Shown: positions 48,921 to 61,979 of the stretch, one piece after another
Position numbering within the stretch: the stretch's first letter is position 1
Layout of the letters: every line of letters starts with the position of its first letter
Assembly (NCBI RefSeq): GCF_018350175.1
Contig: NC_058368.1
Location: 10,168,001 to 10,232,000, forward strand
Direction: 5' to 3'
Length of the DNA stretch: 64,000 nt
Origin: Felis catus
Taxonomy: Eukaryota
Made by a program: the position numbers and the translations under genes
Notes under the pieces: generated by a model
The model's database searches: none
Told to the model about the DNA's origin: nothing
Seen by the model: the letters and a program-made list of their open reading frames with translations, nothing else

Positions 48921-49013
48921 AAACCGTGAAACCCAGCTCTATGAACTCTCCAACCTGGAGCCTTACTGTCACATCGGCGGCCTGGAAGCTGTCCCTCTGA
49001 GACTGGACTACTG
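48921..49013 (+). CDS. WDR95: Exon NRETQLYELSNLEPYCHIGGLEAVPLRLDY
   Basis: Acceptor cttgatctttgaacag|, donor CTG|GTAAGA; 93 nt, phase 2/2, in frame with the previous exon. Confidence 0.85.
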
Positions 49014-49037
49014 GTAAGAGCAGCTCCAGAGCCAAGC

Positions 49038-49056
49038 AGGCCTCAAGGGGGCGCTC
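49038..49056 (+). promoter_or_regulatory. Candidate CTCF motif
   Basis: AGGCCTCAAGGGGGCGCTC versus consensus TGGCCACCAGGGGGCGCTA. Confidence 0.45.
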
Positions 49057-50136
49057 TCACCTGGTCAGCAGGGCCTTCCCTCCTCTCCCCTTGGGCAGTT
49101 ATGTTCAGTTGTGTTCAATCAGTATTGAATCAGTAAATGTCAGATTCAGTTTCAGTAAATGTCAGGGTTGCCATGCAGCCTGTGGTGACCACATCACACA
49201 TCACAGTACTGCCCAGGAAGGAGGACCCTTCTTGCATCTAATAAGGAAAGGGAAGTCTAGAGATGTGAAATGATTCTTAGAGGCATGCAATTATGAATTA
49301 ATCTGTGTCTTCAATGTGACTGGATTAACTTTCCTGAAACTCGACTCGGACCACGTTAGTCTGCTTTTTAATGGTTGCCAATTCTCTCTCCAAAAATATC
49401 CACACCTTTAAGAGATATCCAAAAATATCCAAACCCCCCTTTGCCTTTCCAGCCTTCAGCCCCCCTGAAGCCTCAGGCCTCCCAACCACCAACATAGCTA
49501 AATAGAGACCTCTCAAGTGGGTCAGGCATCGTCACCACCACGCTGCTCCCAATGCTTCCTTCTTCCCCAACCACCCATCCCATCATGTTTCTTGAGCACC
49601 TACTGCGCATACTCATTGTTGGATGTAGGACCTGTGCGTGAATGAGACGAGATTCCCAGTGTCGCAGAGTGGGTGGTTCCTACTGAAATCCTACCATTCT
49701 TCATGGTCCTAACCTTCGTGGATTCCCCTGATTCTCCTCTGTACCCAAAAACCAATGTCCCCTGGAAGCTTCCCCATCCTTCGGATGCGGTGGTCCCGCA
49801 TGTTGCTGGGGCACAGGTCCCAAGTAACTCTCAAGTGGCACCAGTGCCTTCGTCTCTGCTGTGTGCTCTCTGACCCCTGCCCAGTGACTGGCAGGCACGT
49901 AGCAGGTTCCCAAGAAATGTTTGTTGAGTGACCAAGTCAGAAAACTCTTATTTAAGTGGATGAAAGGAGGCTCCAGTTTTATTTTGCCTTTCGCTTCCCC
50001 CTCTTTCTTTTTCTTCTTATGAGATAGAAGCCTTTTAGATGTTCAATGATTTCAATAAAATATGTCTTTCAGTTCTCTTCTACCAGTCATTTTGTATTTT
50101 GAGAAATAGGGAGAAAAGTTGATGGATTAAAAAACA

Positions 50137-50158
50137 TGTTTTTAATGTTTTATTTATT

Positions 50159-50194
<36 letters not shown>

Positions 50195-50361
50195 CACAAG
50201 CAGGGGAGGGGCAGAGGGAGAGAGGGACACAGAATCTGAAGCAGGCTCCAGGCTCTGAGCTGTCAGCACAGAGCGTGACGCGGGGCTTGAACTCACAAGC
50301 CATGAGATCATGACCTGAGCTGAAGTCGGACGCTTTACCGACTGAGCTACCCAGGCACCCC
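50137..50361 (-). mobile_element. Can-SINE
   Basis: TSD gttgatggatt. Confidence 0.96.
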
Positions 50362-51199
50362 TAAAATGTTGATGGATTTAGAAGAAGTGGTTGGAAAGCA
50401 AACTTGTGGCCAAGTGGGTTCTCATAGAACAAAGCAAGGGAGAGAAAACCAGACCTGCCGGGCCTCCCTCTTGTGTAAGGCAGAGCCATCCCCCGGAAGG
50501 CCACGGAGCCCCAGCTGTTGGACTGCCCTTCTTCATCCCTATCAGAAGCCCCATTCCTGTGCCAAAGGTGGCCTCCGCCCGTAGTTCATGATGAGGGCTT
50601 GGAGACTTTCCCTGCACTAAGGGGCCCACATGACCATGGCACCTCATTGAGTTGTGTGTAGTGATTCATTGCCTTTTACCCAAGGCATCACACAGTTTCC
50701 TTGAAAATGAAAGACTGAGTTGTCACTGCTTTCAAGGAAGGACACTTTGATGAGCAAAGAAAGATGACATCTTGAGGGAACTCATTCGTCCAGGCAAAGA
50801 GAGTGCAGCTCAGCAGGCTATGCTTGTCTCTTGCTCCCCTGGTCCCCTAAGAAGACATCAATGTCCATCAGCCCAGCTCAGGAAGCTGGGCTTCTCCTGG
50901 GATGGACTGGGGACCCTGGAGAAGGCAGGACAGGGTGATGGATCCAGAAGTCAGCCCTTTTAGTTATCTCTGGGGACCTGGCCAAGTCATGTGTTCAGTC
51001 TTGAGGTGGGGTGGCTCATGTGCAAAACAGAGATGGTAGTTGTGTCTCCGGGCAGTGTGGTGAAGTCAGAAGGGCACACTGCAGATAAAGGCCTTAGCAC
51101 AGTGCCCAACAGAGCACCTACTCCCTTCTTCTTCTCACCCGATGTGCTGTGAGCCATGAGAACAATGCTTGATGGCCCCCAGGGCTTCTGTCCCCCTAG

Positions 51200-51830
51200 A
51201 GCTCTTCAGACTCCTCTCATTACACTCTGCACTCTCTCTCAACTCTCAGGCTAGCCTCTCTGGCCTCATTCAGCTCCTCAGCCTTGCTCAATACTTTCGC
51301 CCTTCAGGGCCTTTGCACATGCTGTTCCCTTTGCCTGAAAGACCTCCACTCCCACCTTTCCCTTCAGATCTGAATTTAAATCTCATCTCCTCTGACCATC
51401 CTTTCCTAATGGCCTTACCAAACTATGTCCCCACTGACCTTGTTCATTTTCTTTATTGCACAGATTATGGGCTATGAGTATAGATGGTGAATTCTTTGTC
51501 TACTGTCACTAGATTGGGAGAGCAGGACCACATCTGTCTTGTCTCCCCTGGAAGCCCATACCTATTGCAGGGTATGATACATGATAGCTGTTCAGTATTT
51601 TTTAAAAAAATTGAATAAGCAATCAAAACTTTAGTCTCTTAAATCACATCGCTAAGATTCATGTTAGGTTGTCTAAACTCTTCATGCCTTAGTTTCCATG
51701 TCTATAAAATTGGTAAATAAAAGTAGTATCCACTTCATTGGGTTTTTGGGAAGATTTCATGAGACAGGACTTGTCAAGTACATGTCTGGCACACAGAAAG
51801 GGCTCTTTAAATTCTGGTTTCCATCATTAT
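51200..51830 (+). mobile_element. L2 remnant followed by MIR
   Basis: 'cagggcctttgcacatgctgttccc' (L2); 'ccttagtttccatgtctataaaattgg' (MIR). Confidence 0.65.
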
Positions 51831-52064
51831 CATGATTAGATGAACTCTTGAGAAGAGAAGGCTAAATGGAGAGCACCCTAAATTAATAAAGACTCTAGTC
51901 ATGAGGACCTTGTTATGCCTCATCACTCCTGGGGCTTGGAAGTGTGTGTGTGTGTATGTGTGTGTGGGGGGGGGAAGGGGGTCCTTTGCTATGGACTAGG
52001 GATTCAGGAGCTGAACACACAGGACACCTAGCCTCAAGAGGAGTATAGTCCAATGGATCTGAAT

Positions 52065-52440
52065 ATGTTAGTTGGCTTGGGCTGCCATAACAAAATATCA
52101 GAGTCAGCAGCTTTGACAACAGAAACTAATTTCCTCACAGTTCTGGATGGAAAATCCAAGATCAAGGTGTGAGCTCGTTCTGTTTCTTGTGAGGGCTCTC
52201 CTCCTGACTTGCAGATGGCTACCTTCTCACTGTGTCCTCACATGGCTTTCCCGTGGTGTAGATACATGGGAAAGAGAGAGATGTGTGGTTAAGGGCACTA
52301 ATCCTATCATGAGAGTCCTACCTTCATGAGTTCATCTAACCCTAATTTCCTCCCTAAGGCCCCATCCCCAAATACCATCACATTGGGAATTAGGGCTTCA
52401 CCATATGAATTCTGGAAACACAAATATGCAGTTCACAACA
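52065..52440 (-). mobile_element. MaLR solo LTR (MLT1A-like)
   Basis: 'gggctgccataacaaaatatcagag...cacaaatatgcagttcacaaca'. Confidence 0.85.
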
Positions 52441-54302
52441 GGGAATATTGACTGACATGGGTGTGCACTCTAATCATGGCATCTGTCTCCTGCTGAGAGG
52501 ATGGAGTCAGTGGTATTGGCCACACACAAGTCGCATCAATGAATGGGGCTGTCTGTCGATGATGTCATTCTCTGACAGCCCCTCCTCTGTTGCAGGGCTG
52601 TCCCAGGGGACTAGGAGTGAGGTTCCAGATACTTCTCTGCTCCTGTGAGGTGAAGACTAGTTTGTTTTTTTATTTCCTTTCATTCTCCCTCTGGTGTTTA
52701 GCTTTCAGACACACCCAACAAAAAGCCAATTTGAAACAGCACTTATAACCCATTATAACCCCCGCAGACCGGGCATGGGGGTGTGTTGGATGGAGAGGAC
52801 CCTATGTCACCCTAAAACCTCACTTAAGAGTTGCTGGCTTGATTCCTTACTGATTCCTTGCTAAGCAACGAGCACATAAACTTTGTATTTTATCTCCATT
52901 TCATCTCACCACCCCCTCACACCCAGACCTAATCACTTAGAGCAATATTAGAACCAACATGGTATTTATCATAATATCCTGGGAGAGTAGGGTTCTGGTA
53001 AGTACAATGAGAGCTAGTTACAGGGACTGAATGCTCCAGGGAGCATTAATCATGGTGTCTGAGTGCATTTGTGGGAGCACATTGTACACTAATTGCCATG
53101 TATGGAGCTCACTCTATCATTACCTTTAATATACAATTTCGCATACAATACAACTTCTATTTTGTTGCTTTCACACCACTGTAGACACACTCTAAGGTAT
53201 GCTTCAGCCTTAAAAAGTTTAGATATAAAAGTAAAGCAGAAAGCCAAGAGAAATATGTTTGATGAATGATAAATGTATGAGCCTAACAGGACCTTTGAAT
53301 CATAAAAGACATTCAATGACTATTTTTTGACGAAGCAAATAAATACAGAAAAAAATCAGTATTTTTTAATCCCAGCTTGATCTACTGCTGATCTGTCTGC
53401 TAACCTAGGACAAGACACTGCCCTCCTTACACATAAAAGAAACCAACAACAACAGAAGAAGAAGAAGGGGGAAAAACCCACTTTACTAAGGGATGTAACA
53501 TCAACTTACCTCAGAAGATTTCTTGGAAGAAAAACTTAAGTTTTTAGAGCCTTTTATTAGAACAACATGTCAGTAAAAGACCAAGTAGAGATTGACTTCA
53601 CTTCCAAAATTAGAGACATTCCGCTCAGTATATGTAAAAAAAAGATATTTGTATTTTGAATACTACTCATAAAATGAGCCCTGAAATGTAGAATAAAAAA
53701 ACACTATTTTTTCATGTTTGCACCCCAGTGAGGGAGGTAGACAAGCCAACCAATCTGTCTTTACAACATGAGAGTTAAGTGCTGGACAGAGACCTGTGTG
53801 AGGTGTGAAGGCAGGGGTCCCACCTGTTTGACTGGAAGCCAACAGTAAAGTCTTTGCGGGGGAGTGACCTTTGAACTGGAGGACAAATAGGTCATGGTCG
53901 GCCCAGGGACAGAAAGGACATTCCAATCCGTGGCAACAGTATGAGTATAGGTGGGGAGAGGGAGGAGTGAGAGATATTGAAGTTTTTGCAGAAACCAATG
54001 TACTTTGGAATGAAAACATCTTTTAAGGAAAGAGGGAAAGAAAACATCAGGAAAGACAAGAGATTTGCTAATGGAGGGTCATCTCTGCCCTGCTAAGCAC
54101 TTTGTCTTGCATCATCAGTTCTGTGTGGATTTTATCTTAATAAATATTTCATAGCCTCCTTGTGTTCAGTCTTAGAAAAGGAAATAGAACATTATATTGT
54201 ATACTACAGCCAGCAATGTATTTTCATTTGTGTAGGTCCAACATGGTCAAATAACGGCAATTTCTTCTAATTCAACTTGTTCTATAAAATACACATGAAG
54301 CA

Positions 54303-54536
54303 GGGTGCTTGGGTGGCTCAGTTGGCTGAGTGTCCAACTTAGGCCCAGGTCATGACCTCACGGTTCATGAGTTCCAGTTACATGTTGGGCTCACTCATGT
54401 CAGCTCACAGAGCCCACTTGGGATCCTCTGCCCCACCCCCTCTCTGCCCCTCCCCCAGCTCATGCTCTCTTTCTCAAAAATGATTAAGTATTTTTAAATA
54501 AATGAATAAATAAATAAATAAATAAATAAATAAATG
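54303..54536 (+). mobile_element. Can-SINE with (TAAA)n tail
   Basis: TSD aaatacacatgaagc at 54287-54301 and 54537-54551. Confidence 0.95.
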
Positions 54537-55281
54537 AAATACACATGAAGCTCACAAAACAGAATTTTGGTAGATTATAGATTTGGCTGCAAGAAATATA
54601 TTACCTCAAATATATTTCTGACTTTTTATTTAATGACAACATTGTTTGATATAGAAATACTCTTTGGGGATAAGCCTTTTTAGAAGGCTTGGGTTATATT
54701 TTATTTTATTTTATTTTATTTTATTTTATTTTATTTTATTTTATTTTATTGTTATAAGAACACTTAACATGAAATCTACCCTCTTAACAAATTTTTTAAG
54801 GTGATTATAGGTGCAATGTTACGCAGCAAGATCTCTAGGGCTCTATTCATCTTGCTTAAGTGAAACGCTATAGCCATTGACTAGTAACTCCCCATTTCCC
54901 CCTCTCCCCAACTCCTGGCAACCACCATTCCTTTCTCTGATTCTGTGAATTTGACTACTTTAGATGCCTCATATAAGTGGGATCATGCAGTGTCTCTCTG
55001 TGCCTAGCTGATTTATCTTAGCATAAAGCTTTTCTTGCCTTTCATTTTGGTATCACATCCATGAAATCTTTGCTAAGATCAAGGTCATGAAGATTTTCTT
55101 CTATGTTTTCTTCTAGGAGATTTATAGTTTCAGGCCTTATGTAAGTCTTTAATCTATTTTGGGTGGATTTATGTATGATGTAAAATAGGGGTTCAGTTTA
55201 ATTCTTTTGCATGTGGATATCCAGTTTTACCAACACCAATGAATGGATTACCTTTCCCCTATTGTATAGTCTTGATATTCT

Positions 55282-55297
55282 GTTTTTGTTTGCTTGT

Positions 55298-55338
<41 letters not shown>

Positions 55339-55420
55339 ACAAGTGAGTGAGGAGCAGAGAGAGAGAGAATCCCACGAGGGGCAAAGAGAGGGAGATAGGG
55401 AAAGAGAGAGAGACAGAGAG

Positions 55421-55458
<38 letters not shown>

Positions 55459-55633
55459 GAGGCTCACCTGAAGTGGTGCCCATGTTTGTTTTGTTTTGTT
55501 TCTTGAAGTAGGGCTCATGCTCACCCAAAGTGGGGCTTGAGATCACCCGATGCGGGACTTGAACTCATGGACCGTGAGATCATGACCTGAGCCAAAGTCA
55601 GATGCTTAACTGACTGAGCCACCCAGGTGCCCT
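55282..55633 (-). mobile_element. Long Can-SINE variant with internal repeats (SINEC_Fc3-like) and expanded GA tracts
   Basis: SINE head plus repeated ctcacc...g(c/t)gggg units and two long (GA)n runs. Confidence 0.85.
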
Positions 55634-55950
55634 CTTTTGAAGATCAGTTGACCATATATGTGTGGACTCATTTCTGGGCTCTCTATTCTGTTCCATTGGT
55701 CTTCATGCCGTCTGAAGACATCCCTCTTCATGCCAGTACCATACTGTTTTGATTATTACAGCTTTGTGATATAGTTTAAAATTAAGAAGAGTGATGTCTC
55801 CAGCTTTGTTCTTCTTTATTGAGATTTATTTGGTAATTTGTGATTCCATATGAAGTTTTAAATTGTTTTTTCTATTTCTGTAAAATTGACATTGGGATTT
55901 TGATAGGGATTACATTGAATCTGTAGATGGCTTTGGGTGTTAAGCCTTCT

Positions 55951-56406
55951 TTTTTTTTTAATTTTTTTTTAAATTTTTTTTTTTAACGTTTATTCATTTT
56001 TGGGACAGAGAGAGACAGAGCATGAACGGGGGAGGGGCAGAGAGAGAGGGAGACACAGAATCTGAAACAGGCTCCAGGCTCTGAGCTGTCAGCACAGAGC
56101 CCGACGTGGGGCTCGAACTCACGGACCACGAGATCGTGACCTGAGCTGAAGTCGGACTCTTTCAACGTTTATTTATTTTTGGGACAGAGAGAGACAGAGC
56201 ATGAACGGGGGAGGGGCAGAGAGAGAGGGAGACACAGAATCGGAAACAGGCTCCAGGCTCTGAGCCATCAGCCCAGAGCCCGACGCGGGGCTCGAACTCA
56301 CGGACCTCGAGATCGTGACCTGGCTGAAGTCGGACGCTCAACTGACTGCGCCACCCAGGCGCCCCTGAAGTCGGACTCTTAACCAACTGAGCCACCCAGG
56401 CGCCCC
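55951..56406 (-). mobile_element. Can-SINE, outer element interrupted by a nested SINE
   Basis: TSD ggtgttaagccttct at 55936-55950 and 56408-56422. Confidence 0.95.
56162..56365 (-). mobile_element. Young Can-SINE (SINEC_Fc) nested in another SINE
   Basis: TSD tgaagtcggactctt at 56147-56161 and 56366-56380. Confidence 0.96.
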
Positions 56407-56790
56407 AGGTGTTAAGCCTTCTAATCCATGCACACAGATATCTTTCCATTTGTTTGTGTCTTGTTCAGTTTCTTTCATCAATGCATTATAGTTTTCAGTA
56501 TGTAAATCTTTCACCTCCTTATTTAATCTTATTCCTAAGTATTTTATTCTTTTTGGTGTTATTTTTAAATGAGATTGTTTTCCTAATTTCCTTTTCAGAT
56601 AGTTCATTTTTAGTGTATAGAAACACAGCTGATTTCTGCACATTGATTTTGTATCCTGCAACTTTACTGAATTTGCTTATTATTTCTGACTTTCTTCTTT
56701 AATGGAGTTTATAGGGCTTACTATATGTAAGATCATAATGTCTGCAAACAGGAACAATTTTAATTCTTCTTCTCTGATTTGGATGTCTTT

Positions 56791-56830
<40 letters not shown>

Positions 56831-58277
56831 TCCTTATTTTTATTGCCTAATTGCTCTGGGCAGGACTTCCATTACTGTGTTGAATAGAAGTGGCAAAAGC
56901 AGGCACCCTTGCCTTGTTGCTGATCTTAGAGGAAAACTATTGAGTTTTTCATTGTGAGTATGATGTGTTAGCATCGGGTTCTTCAAATATGACCTTTGTC
57001 ACATTGAAGTACTTTCTATTTCTAGTTTGTTCAGAGTTCGTAACACGAAAGGATGTTGAATTTTGTCAAATGCCTCTTCTGCATGTATTGAGACAATCGT
57101 GTAATTTTTATCCTTTATTCTGTTAATGTGGCATATCACATTAATTGATTTCTGTATATTACACCATCACTCCATCCCAGGGATGAATCTCACTTGGTCA
57201 TGGTGGATGATCCTTTCACTGTGCTGTTGGATTTGGTTTGCTAGTATTTTGTTGAGGATTTTTGTGTCTACATTCATCAGGGATAGTACCCTGTAATTTT
57301 CCTTTTCTGGTAGTATCTGGCTGCCTGTGATATCAGTGTAATGCTGGCCCTGTAGAAAGAGTGGTAAATCTTCTTTCTTTCTTTCTTTTTTGTTTGTTTG
57401 GTGTTTGGGGTTTGGTAGTATTCACCTTTGAACCTTTGAAGTTATCTGGTCCTGGACTTTTCTTTATGGGAGGTTTTTAATTACTGATTCAACCTCCATA
57501 CTAGTTATAAGTCTGATGTTCTATTCATCCATGATTTTAGTCCTGGTAGGTTTTGTGTTTGTAGGAATTTGTTCATTTTTTTTTCTAGGTTATCCAGGTT
57601 TTTTGGCATGTATTTGTTCATCATGGTCTTTTATGATCCTTTTCATTTCTAGTTCATCGATTGTCATGTCCCTTCTTTCATTTCTAATGTTATTTATTTG
57701 AGTGCTTTCTCTTTTTTCTTGGTTAATCTAGCTAAAGGCTTGTAAATTTTGTTAATATTTTTGAAACACTAGCTCTTGGTGTTGTTTGGTTTGGTTTATT
57801 TCTATTCTAATACGTCTCATTTCCTTCCTTCTGCTAACTTTGCACTTTGTTCGTCCTTCTTTTTTTTAGCTGCTTAAAGTATCAGGTTAAGTTGGCGATT
57901 TGAGATCTTTCTTTTTTTAATGTACATATTTGTCAGTATGAACATCCCTTTTAGGACTGCTTTCACTGCATCCTATAAGTTTTGGTATGTTGTGTTTTCA
58001 TTTTCATTTGTCTTGAGGTATTTTCTAATTTTATTTTCTAATTTTTTTTGTTTTTTTTACCAAATGGGTTTTCAAGAATGTGTTGCTTATTTTCCAAATA
58101 TTTGCGTATTTCCCAATTTTCCTTCTGCTATTGATTTCTACGTTCATTCTACTGTGTTCAGAAAAAAAATATTTTGTATGATTTCAATCTTCGTAAGTTG
58201 TTAAGACTTGTTCTGTGACATAACATGTGATCTATCCTGGAGAAAGATCTGTGTGTGCTTAAGAATATGTATTTTGA

Positions 58278-58503
58278 GGGGCGCCTGGGTGGCGCAGTTG
58301 GTTAAGCGTCCGACTTCAGCCAGGTCACCATCTCGCGGTCCGTGAGTTCGAGCCCCGCGTCAGGCTCTGGGCTGATGGCTCAGAGCCTGGAGCCTGTTTC
58401 CGATTCTGTGTCTCCCTCTCTCTCTGCCCCTCCCCCGTTCATGCTCTGTCTCTCTCTGTCCCAAAAATAAATAAAAAACGTTGAAAAAAAAATTAAAAAA
58501 AAA
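58278..58503 (+). mobile_element. Young Can-SINE (SINEC_Fc)
   Basis: TSD aagaatatgtattttg at 58261-58276 and 58504-58519. Confidence 0.97.
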
Positions 58504-59564
58504 AAGAATATGTATTTTGCTGCTCTTGTGTTAGATGTTCTGTATATGTCTGTTGGGCCCATTTAGTCTGCAGTGTAATTCAAGTCCTATGTGTCTTTAT
58601 TGATCTTCTGTTTGAATATTCTATCCATTATTGAAAGGAAAGTATTGACTTTTTTACTATACTTGTATTTTTATCTATTTCTCCCTTCAATTCTGTCAAT
58701 ATTTGTTTTATACATTTAGGTGCTTTAATGTTGGGGACCTATAAACTTATAATTGCAAATATCTTCCTAGTGGATTGACCCTTTTATCATTATATAATAT
58801 CTTTCTTTGTCTCTTGTGACAGTTTTTGACCTACTGGATACTTTTTTAATACAAGTATGGCCATCCCTGTTCTCGTTTGTTGGCCATTTGCACAAATATC
58901 TTTTTCTATTCCTTCATGTAAGCCCATGTGTGTCCTTAAATCTACAGTGAGTTGCTAGTAGACAGCATATCATTTTTTTATTCATTGATGGGGGAGCTTA
59001 ATCCACTAAAATTTAAAGTAATTATTGATAGGAGGGATTTACTATTGCCATTTGATTGTTTTGTTAGTCTTGTCTGTCTTTTCTTCTCTTGCTGTCTTCC
59101 TTTGTGTTTTGTTGCTTTTTTGGTATTGATACCCCTTGATTCTTTTCTATTTTTCTTTTGTGTAACTTCAATAGGTAATTTTTATGTGTGGTTACCATGG
59201 GGCTTACATAAAATATCTTCTAATGATAACAGTTACTTTTTAGCAGATAACAACTCAAGTTCAATTACACACAAAAACTCTATACTTTAACATAGTCCCA
59301 CAAACACACGTTATGTTATTGTTGTCACAGTTTATTTTTATTCATGTTGTTTAACTTAATGCAGTTTAGTTATAGTTATTTAGAATACTTTTGTCCTTTA
59401 CTTTTATGATAGAATGAAAAGTGATGTACTCACCACTATTATGGTAACTCAGCATTCTGCATTTGTCTACATATTTACCTTTATCAACAAATTTCCATTT
59501 CCGGGATCTGGATGTACATTCACTTCTCCAGATTTTAGCCATTGTTCCTTAAAAAACAAACAAA

Positions 59565-59769
59565 AAATTTTTAATGTTTATTTATTTATTTATTTTTGAA
59601 AGAGAAAGAGACAGAGAGTGAGCAGGGGAGGGGCAGAGAGAGAGGGACACACAGATCCAGAGCAGGCTCCAGGCTTTGAGCTGTCAGCACAGAACTCCAA
59701 CTCATGAACCATGAGGTCATGATGGAGCCAAAGTCAGACACTTAGCCAACTGAGCCAACCAGTCGCTCC
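59565..59769 (-). mobile_element. Can-SINE (diverged)
   Basis: Reverse copy; degenerate TSD agccatt... Confidence 0.9.
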
Positions 59770-60711
59770 AGCCATTAATTCTTTAAGTGAACTTTCTTCC
59801 TTTGTCTCTCTTCTCTTTCTGGAAAGCCTATAATTTGTATATTGGCCCACTTGATGGCATCTCATGAGTCCCTTAAGTTTTCTTCATTCTTTTTCATTTT
59901 TGCTCCTCTGACTGAATTATTTCCAATGACCTGTCTTTGACTTTCCTGATCTTTTCTTCGGCCTGAGCTAGTCTGTTTTTGAACACCACTAGTAAATTTT
60001 TCAGGTCAGTTTGGTTCTCTTCAGCTCCATGATTTCTCCTAGGTATTTAAAAAAAAAATATCTTCTGTCTCTTTTTTGAGATTCGCACATTGGTCTCTTG
60101 ACCTTGATGAGCATCTTTATGACAGTTATTTTGAATTCCCTATCAGGTAAATCATATAATTCCACTTTATTAGGGTTGGTTTCCGGACATGTATCTTGTT
60201 CCTTTGTTTGGAACATATTTGACTGATTCTTTATTTTCCTTGGACTTTTGGGTTGGTGTCTGCTCGTTAGACAAAGCAGGCATCTTTTCCAGCCTTTACA
60301 GACTGCCTTCACAGGAGAAGATCCCCATTAATCAGCTTAGCCAGGGATTCTGAGTTTTTCATTCTGTAGAGGGAAGCTGAGAGTCGAAAAGTTGGGATGC
60401 TGGACACACAAACCAACCCTTTCCTCCCCTGGATGAAGCTGGGAACAAGGGGGACCAGCTCTTCCTGGTCATATGGTGTTGAGCCACAGGCAGAGATTTC
60501 TTGTGAGATGTTTTAAGCCTCCCTACCGGCCTCAGTGAGCGTGCTTTCATACTCGTCCAGGGTGCCAGAGGCTTTCAGTTAGTTTCTGGATTTCTCACAA
60601 AGCAAATCTGTCTGTGGGTTGTTGCTGAACTAGGGTGTCTGTTGGGGGGAAGGAGGGCCCAGGGCTTCGTACGCCACCATTTTGTTGACATCGCTTCAGT
60701 GCATATTTATT

Positions 60712-60947
60712 TTACTATTTATTTATTTATTTATTTATGTTTATTTTTGAGAGAGAGAGAGAGAAAGAGAGAGAGACAGAGTGCGAGTGGGGGAGAGGAA
60801 GAGAGAGAGGGAGACACAGAATGTGAACCAGCCTCCAGGCTCTGAGCTTTCAGCACAGAGCCGGACGTGGGGCTTGAACTCACGAACCGAGCGATCACGA
60901 CCTGAGCCGAAGTTGGACACTTAACCGACTGAACCACCCAGGGGCCT
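60712..60947 (-). mobile_element. Can-SINE
   Basis: Degenerate TSD cagtgcatattt / caatgcgtattt. Confidence 0.93.
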
Positions 60948-61979
60948 CACAATGCGTATTTTAAATAGATGTTGAAGGAGACTCACTCTGGTAGAGAAAT
61001 GAGGGATGGATTAGACTGGGTTCAGAGAGACTGATAGAGTATTGCAGAAATTCAGGTGCCTCGAGTTCATCGTCTGTAAAATGGGTTTCTTCTGAGGATT
61101 CAATCAATGAATAAATATAGAGCCCTTGAACTGGTGACTGGCATATAATAAGTACTCAATAAGTAGTCGGAATTATTATTATCATCCATATGACAAATGC
61201 CGAAGGTAACCAACAGATGAGATGGAGAAGAAAACGACTCGAGTTTTGCAGAAGGCCACGTAAACTGGGCTTGTTACTGGTTGGAGGTGCGGGCCCGAGG
61301 GCCCCTGAGCAGAGGCCACTCCAAGTCTAGGTAGCTGATGGAGCCTTTCGCCACCACTTGGGGACTAACACAGGCATTTGGTTTTGCTCAGTTTGGGGGA
61401 GATAATCATTAAGGTCCCTTCCATTCTTTCCTCCTCACCCCCTCTCCAACGTCACATCTGTCGCCATAAAGGACAAGAACCAGGATGAAGGAGAGGCACG
61501 GAGGAAAGGATCTCAAAAGCGCCGCCTGCTTGACCTCTGAGCCCACTTGGGAATCTCAGATCCGCTGCCTTTGCCCGTCGGGTTTTCCCCTAAGTCCTTT
61601 CCTGACGGACTGAAGACCTCAGCTCCAAAGAGCAAACATTTGTTAAGCCTGTCGTATGCAGCGGTCCTTACAGAAGTCAAATGATGAGTAAGGAATGAAG
61701 ATTAAAGGAATGGAAGGAGAGAGAGGTGAGTACAGCTGAAGAAAAACACGACCGCCACACCAGCGGAGCTCACTCTCAATTCATGACTCTGAAGCTCAAG
61801 TGGTCCCTTGAGACCCCAGGCAGGCATCTACAAGCCCCAGGCACACTCATTCCAACCTTGTTCCAAGCCTATAATTTCATTCTTTCTCCTTCCTCCTCAA
61901 ATCCCCATCAATCCCTCCCTTATCCTCACCTTCGCTCGTGACCTGTTTCTTACCTTACAGTGAAAATTTAAGCAGTAGT

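Larger units (their letters stand above)
36779..49013 (+). pseudogene. WDR95: 5' part of WDR95 orthologue (EF-hand-like plus WD40; WDR49/EFCAB8 family), damaged or pseudogenising; 3' part not found in window
   Basis: Six GT-AG exons with matching phases give IEHLMTLEGLQNIKALSQ|KYGKRGRQLLDMETFKCIMKQSMRSQSK|RIEQIEQLFMKIDYESVGRTEW|DGFCTYLQLEYSEQADALARQKEVSFHLPAVLLKLKRRKRVS|DKSISRKPR*VTDVISMPQYNKLIIATG|NRETQLYELSNLEPYCHIGGLEAVPLRLDY; family motif LFMKID..G...WD.FCTY.LEY; same strand, downstream of TEX26 as in the TEX26-WDR95-HSPH1 order. Confidence 0.8.
54697..60695 (-). mobile_element. L1MA-type LINE spanning tail to 5' UTR, internally deleted and carrying five SINEs
   Basis: (TTTTA)n tail; 3' UTR 'aagaacacttaacatgaaatctaccctcttaac'; ORF2 remnant (ORF 56338..56661 [21 protein letters not shown]); ORF1 remnant (60001..60312 ELYDLPDREFKITVIKML); 5' end 'gccaccattttg'. 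Confidence 0.9.

Noticed and set aside
52448..52648. Possible next WDR95 exon (NEWGCLSMMSFS), or acceptor at ~52595
   Set aside because: Only faint resemblance to the expected WD strand; the phase-2 reading from the good acceptor hits TAG after five codons.
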